A DNA stretch of 64,000 nucleotides from a virus (Duplodnaviria; Heunggongvirae; Uroviricota; Caudoviricetes), in IMG/VR virus record IMGVR_UViG_3300028584_001240; one strand, given 5' to 3'. The notes beneath the pieces are model-generated. The model was not told where the DNA came from. It worked only from the letters and a program-made list of their open reading frames with translations, and did no database searches. This document shows, one piece after another, positions 60,950 through 64,000 of the stretch (positions within the stretch are counted from its first letter, which is position 1; every line of letters begins with the position of its first letter). Position numbers and translations under genes: made by a program.

Positions 60950-60972
60950 AAAAAAACCACCGAAGTGGTTTT
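60950..60972 (-). terminator. Terminator with UUCG tetraloop after tRNA-fMet unit
   Basis: AACCAC-TTCG-GTGGTT followed by a U-run. Confidence 0.8.
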
Positions 60973-60985
60973 AAATATTTTCAAG

Positions 60986-61056
60986 TTCGCACTTAGGGTA
61001 GCGTATCACCTATTTTAACAACCTTATTTCTAAGGTCACTCGTGCCTAAACGGCTA
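60986..61056 (-). ncRNA. Small structured RNA in tRNA-fMet trailer
   Basis: 10-bp G-U-containing stem with GAAA tetraloop; possible UUAGG/CCUAA pseudoknot. Confidence 0.4.
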
Positions 61057-61060
61057 AATC

Positions 61061-61135
61061 TGGTTGCAGGGGCGGGAATTGAACCCACGATCTTCAGGTT
61101 ATGAGCCTAACGAGATACCACTTCTCCACCCTGCG
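61061..61135 (-). tRNA. Initiator-type tRNA-Met (CAT)
   Basis: CGCAGGG/CCCTGCA with C1-A72 mismatch, CTCATAA loop, CCA. Confidence 0.92.
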
Positions 61136-61188
61136 ACTAAGTAAAATAAAAATATTCATTTAAGAATTGTTCTTTATTTCGTTTTTAT

Positions 61189-61217
61189 ATAATACCTTGG
61201 ATTTAAAACCATGTCAA
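61189..61217 (-). promoter_or_regulatory. Sigma70-type promoter for tRNA-fMet; -35 lies within the upstream terminator hairpin
   Basis: TTGACA-17 nt-TATTAT; palindrome AAAACCATG-TCAA-CATGGTTTT at 61205-61226. Confidence 0.65.
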
Positions 61218-61235
61218 CATGGTTTTTATATATTT

Positions 61236-61883
61236 TTAATAAGATATCATACTAAGCAGATCTTTACATCGTTTTTTATTATCAATTTTTTGACCTTGAA
61301 GGATAAGATTAAGATCAAAATGGTCATCTTTTACAATATCATTATTTGCATTATAAATACAAGCCAACACAAAATCAGGTAAAATTTCAAATATGGTTTG
61401 TGTTCCATTTAAATCATAATCAACTCCATCTGTGGTGATTTTGACAAAATCATCTTCTAAAATTAGTTCAATATGATTACTATACCTATTATTTCCAGAA
61501 CCATTGTAAGGTTTAAATGAATACAAGAAATCAAAACTAAATGATTTAAAAGTGAAATCGTTATTCAAGTAAAAAGCAAAGGTCAAGTAATAATGATTAA
61601 CCGTTTTATCGACATTATTAATCTGGGAGAAAATAAACTCACTGTTGAATAATACTTTAGTCCTATTATTAATGTTTTGAAACATACCTAACTCTTGACC
61701 AGAGTTATTGACTAATCGACCATAAGACATGTTATGATCCAGTGGTGTAGAAAGAGACTCTTTCAAAGCGTCATAACCGTCTAAATCATTACGATTAAGC
61801 TTTTTGAGCCTAAATCCTTCTGTATAATAAGGAAATACGTCCTTAAATATAGCTGACAAATCCATTCCATCTACAAAATACAT
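61236..61883 (-). CDS. Hypothetical protein with C-terminal motif (…DLLSMISY)
   Basis: GAGG RBS. Confidence 0.7.
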   Translation of the reverse strand: MYFVDGMDLSAIFKDVFPYYTEGFRLKKLNRNDLDGYDALKESLSTPLDHNMSYGRLVNNSGQELGMFQNINNRTKVLFNSEFIFSQINNVDKTVNHYYLTFAFYLNNDFTFKSFSFDFLYSFKPYNGSGNNRYSNHIELILEDDFVKITTDGVDYDLNGTQTIFEILPDFVLACIYNANNDIVKDDHFDLNLILQGQKIDNKKRCKDLLSMISY

Positions 61884-61884
61884 G

Positions 61885-62604
61885 TTAAACCTCTTTCATG
61901 GCATGCAATAACAAATAATCGTCCAGATTATCTACATTGACTTCTTTATAATCTATATTTACCAGTTCTCTAAAACCTTTCTCAATAAAGTAATCAATAA
62001 AAAAATCAAAAGCTTTGGCTTTTTTCTCAATAGATAAATCTTTCATGACTTCCTTTACATGCGAATCTTCAAACCCTATATTAATCAAATTATGATTTTT
62101 GTCAAATACAAAGGTAACATAAACAGAAGGATAATGGTAGGCAAAGAAGGCAGTAGTATGACTAACCACAAAATGACCAGATGTGTCGTCAAGATCAATC
62201 CTAAACCTATCCAGACGTTCGTCTTTCAATAACTTATATTTTGTAGGAATTGCTTTTTCTAATGAAGCACAATAAGACTGAACAAATTTCAAATTGCTCA
62301 GGATTCGTTCATGATAGGTCAATGCACTTTTACTGGATTGCTGAGTTGCCATATCGACTATTTTGAACAGATTATTGACACCACCTGCCGTGTTCATAAA
62401 AAAGATATGATAGTTTTCATAGTTCTCATAACTGAATAGGGTTTTATTTGTATAGTCATTTTCATTATTTAAATGAATCAAACCACCCGGCTTAGCCTTT
62501 TCATGAATGTATAAATCTAAAAAGCCATCGTCATCCTCACACTTCACCTCTTCAAAAGATAAAATGTATGATTTAATTAAGTTGGCTACTTCTAATTTAT
62601 CCAC
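61885..62604 (-). CDS. Hypothetical protein, pair I, C-terminal motif (…LLHAMKEV)
   Basis: C-terminal half similar to 63446..64000 (FD…N….F, K…F.FF..YF, DYL). Confidence 0.7.
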   Translation of the reverse strand: MDKLEVANLIKSYILSFEEVKCEDDDGFLDLYIHEKAKPGGLIHLNNENDYTNKTLFSYENYENYHIFFMNTAGGVNNLFKIVDMATQQSSKSALTYHERILSNLKFVQSYCASLEKAIPTKYKLLKDERLDRFRIDLDDTSGHFVVSHTTAFFAYHYPSVYVTFVFDKNHNLINIGFEDSHVKEVMKDLSIEKKAKAFDFFIDYFIEKGFRELVNIDYKEVNVDNLDDYLLLHAMKEV

Positions 62605-62722
62605 GTATGAATCCTCGGTAATAGAGCGTTATTATAACAAAAAATAAACCAAAAGTAAAGTTAAAGGAGTTCTTTAATTCACAATGTTTTTATGCTATAA
62701 TAGTTAAAATAATGAGGATTTA

Positions 62723-63382
62723 TTGATGTTAACAGCCTATCAATTAGAACAGGAACAACTAAACTGCAGTTTCTTTAAGCACACATTGACCCGACATATT
62801 GAGAGGCGAAAAGCAACCTATCAAAATAATGGATTTCAAACTCGTGACGGCGAAAGTATTGGTACCATGACTGCTGAAGAATTGGTTTTACAATTTAATA
62901 CAGAATTTGCAAAACATAACTTATCCGTAGCTTGTGAAGATAATATCAAACACGAAATATTATCAGGCGGCGATGTTAATCATTTACTCTCTACTTTATT
63001 TAAACCTTCTAATAGCTACAGTCCATCAACGATAAGATCTTTAATGAATTATATAGACCTTATGGAGTCTATTGCAAAAATAACGACAAAAGTATTTAAA
63101 CATGATCCTACTGATTACAGTCGATTAACTCCATTCGATATTGATTTTTTCTTGTCAAAAATGAGATTGCACACTAGAGAATTCACCTTGCCGACACAAA
63201 AAGGCCGTTCAATTGCAAAAAAACAATTAAAATTACTTGATGCTGATAATAGATTTCGCTATTTGCCAAAAACACTGTGTATGTTAATGGAACATAGTTT
63301 GCTTGATATTATGGCAAAAGAAGCAATTATTGTATATGACAGAAATCAAAGATTAAAGAATTCACCAGACATAACACTTTAA
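62723..63382 (+). CDS. Hypothetical protein
   Basis: 219-aa ORF with GAGGA RBS. Confidence 0.65.
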   Translation: MMLTAYQLEQEQLNCSFFKHTLTRHIERRKATYQNNGFQTRDGESIGTMTAEELVLQFNTEFAKHNLSVACEDNIKHEILSGGDVNHLLSTLFKPSNSYSPSTIRSLMNYIDLMESIAKITTKVFKHDPTDYSRLTPFDIDFFLSKMRLHTREFTLPTQKGRSIAKKQLKLLDADNRFRYLPKTLCMLMEHSLLDIMAKEAIIVYDRNQRLKNSPDITL

Positions 63383-63395
63383 AACAAAAAACAAT

Positions 63396-63424
63396 AAAAA
63401 CATCTGCCGAAACAGATGTTTTTT
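63396..63424. terminator. Bidirectional terminator
   Basis: AAAAACATCTG-CCGAAA-CAGATGTTTTTT. Confidence 0.8.
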
Positions 63425-63445
63425 ATTATGTTTTTTTGAGATTTA

Positions 63446-64000
63446 TTAAATATTAACCATTCTATAAATGGTGAGGTAATCACGAATTTCCTCAAAAGAT
63501 AATTCATCATACTTCTTACAAAGTTCATCTCTTAGCAAAGGGCTTCTGAAGTAAACATTAAAAAAGGCAAAGATAACTTTCTTATCTTCCAATGGATGTG
63601 TTCTAAACTTTTCTAAATTCGGATGTCGAAAGTAAACATCAACAATGTTAAAAGATTGATCAAATACAGCTCTAAATCCAGTGTCGTAGTTGAGCACATG
63701 AAATAATTTTATAACGCCATCAACATTTTTTAACACTGCTTTATAGCTGCTAGTGCGGTTATCAAGGAAAGGATTGTCAACACCCATGCTAGAATGCAAC
63801 TCATCATGCATACGGCGTAAGAATTCCATTTGAGTGAGGACGCGATCTATCGTAGGATACTTAGCAATGTAATAAAGAAAATTACCTGCCCCTGTAAATG
63901 AATAAGCCGCCTCATGTGGAGTATCAGCTTGATTGAAAACATGAACTTTGTGTTGTTCTGTTTGAATGTAGATTTCAGGCGTAGAAATATCTTGAACGCC
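63446..64000 (-). CDS. Hypothetical protein, pair I, C-terminal motif (…TIYRMVNI); 5'-truncated by window edge
   Basis: Frame stays open from 63829 to 64000. Confidence 0.7.
   Translation of the reverse strand, partial: GVQDISTPEIYIQTEQHKVHVFNQADTPHEAAYSFTGAGNFLYYIAKYPTIDRVLTQMEFLRRMHDELHSSMGVDNPFLDNRTSSYKAVLKNVDGVIKLFHVLNYDTGFRAVFDQSFNIVDVYFRHPNLEKFRTHPLEDKKVIFAFFNVYFRSPLLRDELCKKYDELSFEEIRDYLTIYRMVNI

Overview
AT-rich (roughly 30% GC by eye), gene-dense accessory region of a very large mobile genome, most likely a jumbo/huge phage or a giant plasmid-like element with a probable gammaproteobacterial host. There are no structural, replication or conjugation genes in the window, so the element type cannot be settled. 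It holds about 85 CDS, mostly hypothetical, arranged as small sigma70-promoter/gene/intrinsic-terminator units on both strands. Recognisable genes: ArgRS C-terminus, stand-alone AlaRS catalytic core, Thg1, nicotinamidase, PcfJ-like proteins, HAD hydrolase, M23 and M3 peptidases, PphA-type phosphatase, AlkB-like dioxygenase, an R-S-E ADP-ribosyltransferase, NUDIX, Yip1, DUF2061, LprI-like, an SH3-containing secreted protein, a methyl-accepting chemotaxis protein, and tRNA-Gly, -Thr and -fMet. Main discovery: 30 otherwise unrelated hypothetical proteins (about a third of all genes, many in tandem paralog arrays) have Met exactly four residues from the stop, within a C-terminal signature acidic helix-[LVIM]-x-x-M-x-x-(mostly I)-stop. 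None of the recognisable enzymes has it, which points to an undescribed C-terminal docking, targeting or degradation signal system. Second discovery: several unannotated structured RNAs in and near the tRNA cluster. These include two diverged copies of one RNA motif and a tRNA-like RNA with an expanded central arm. Short leader ORFs and an out-of-frame start at the AlaRS-like gene were also seen.
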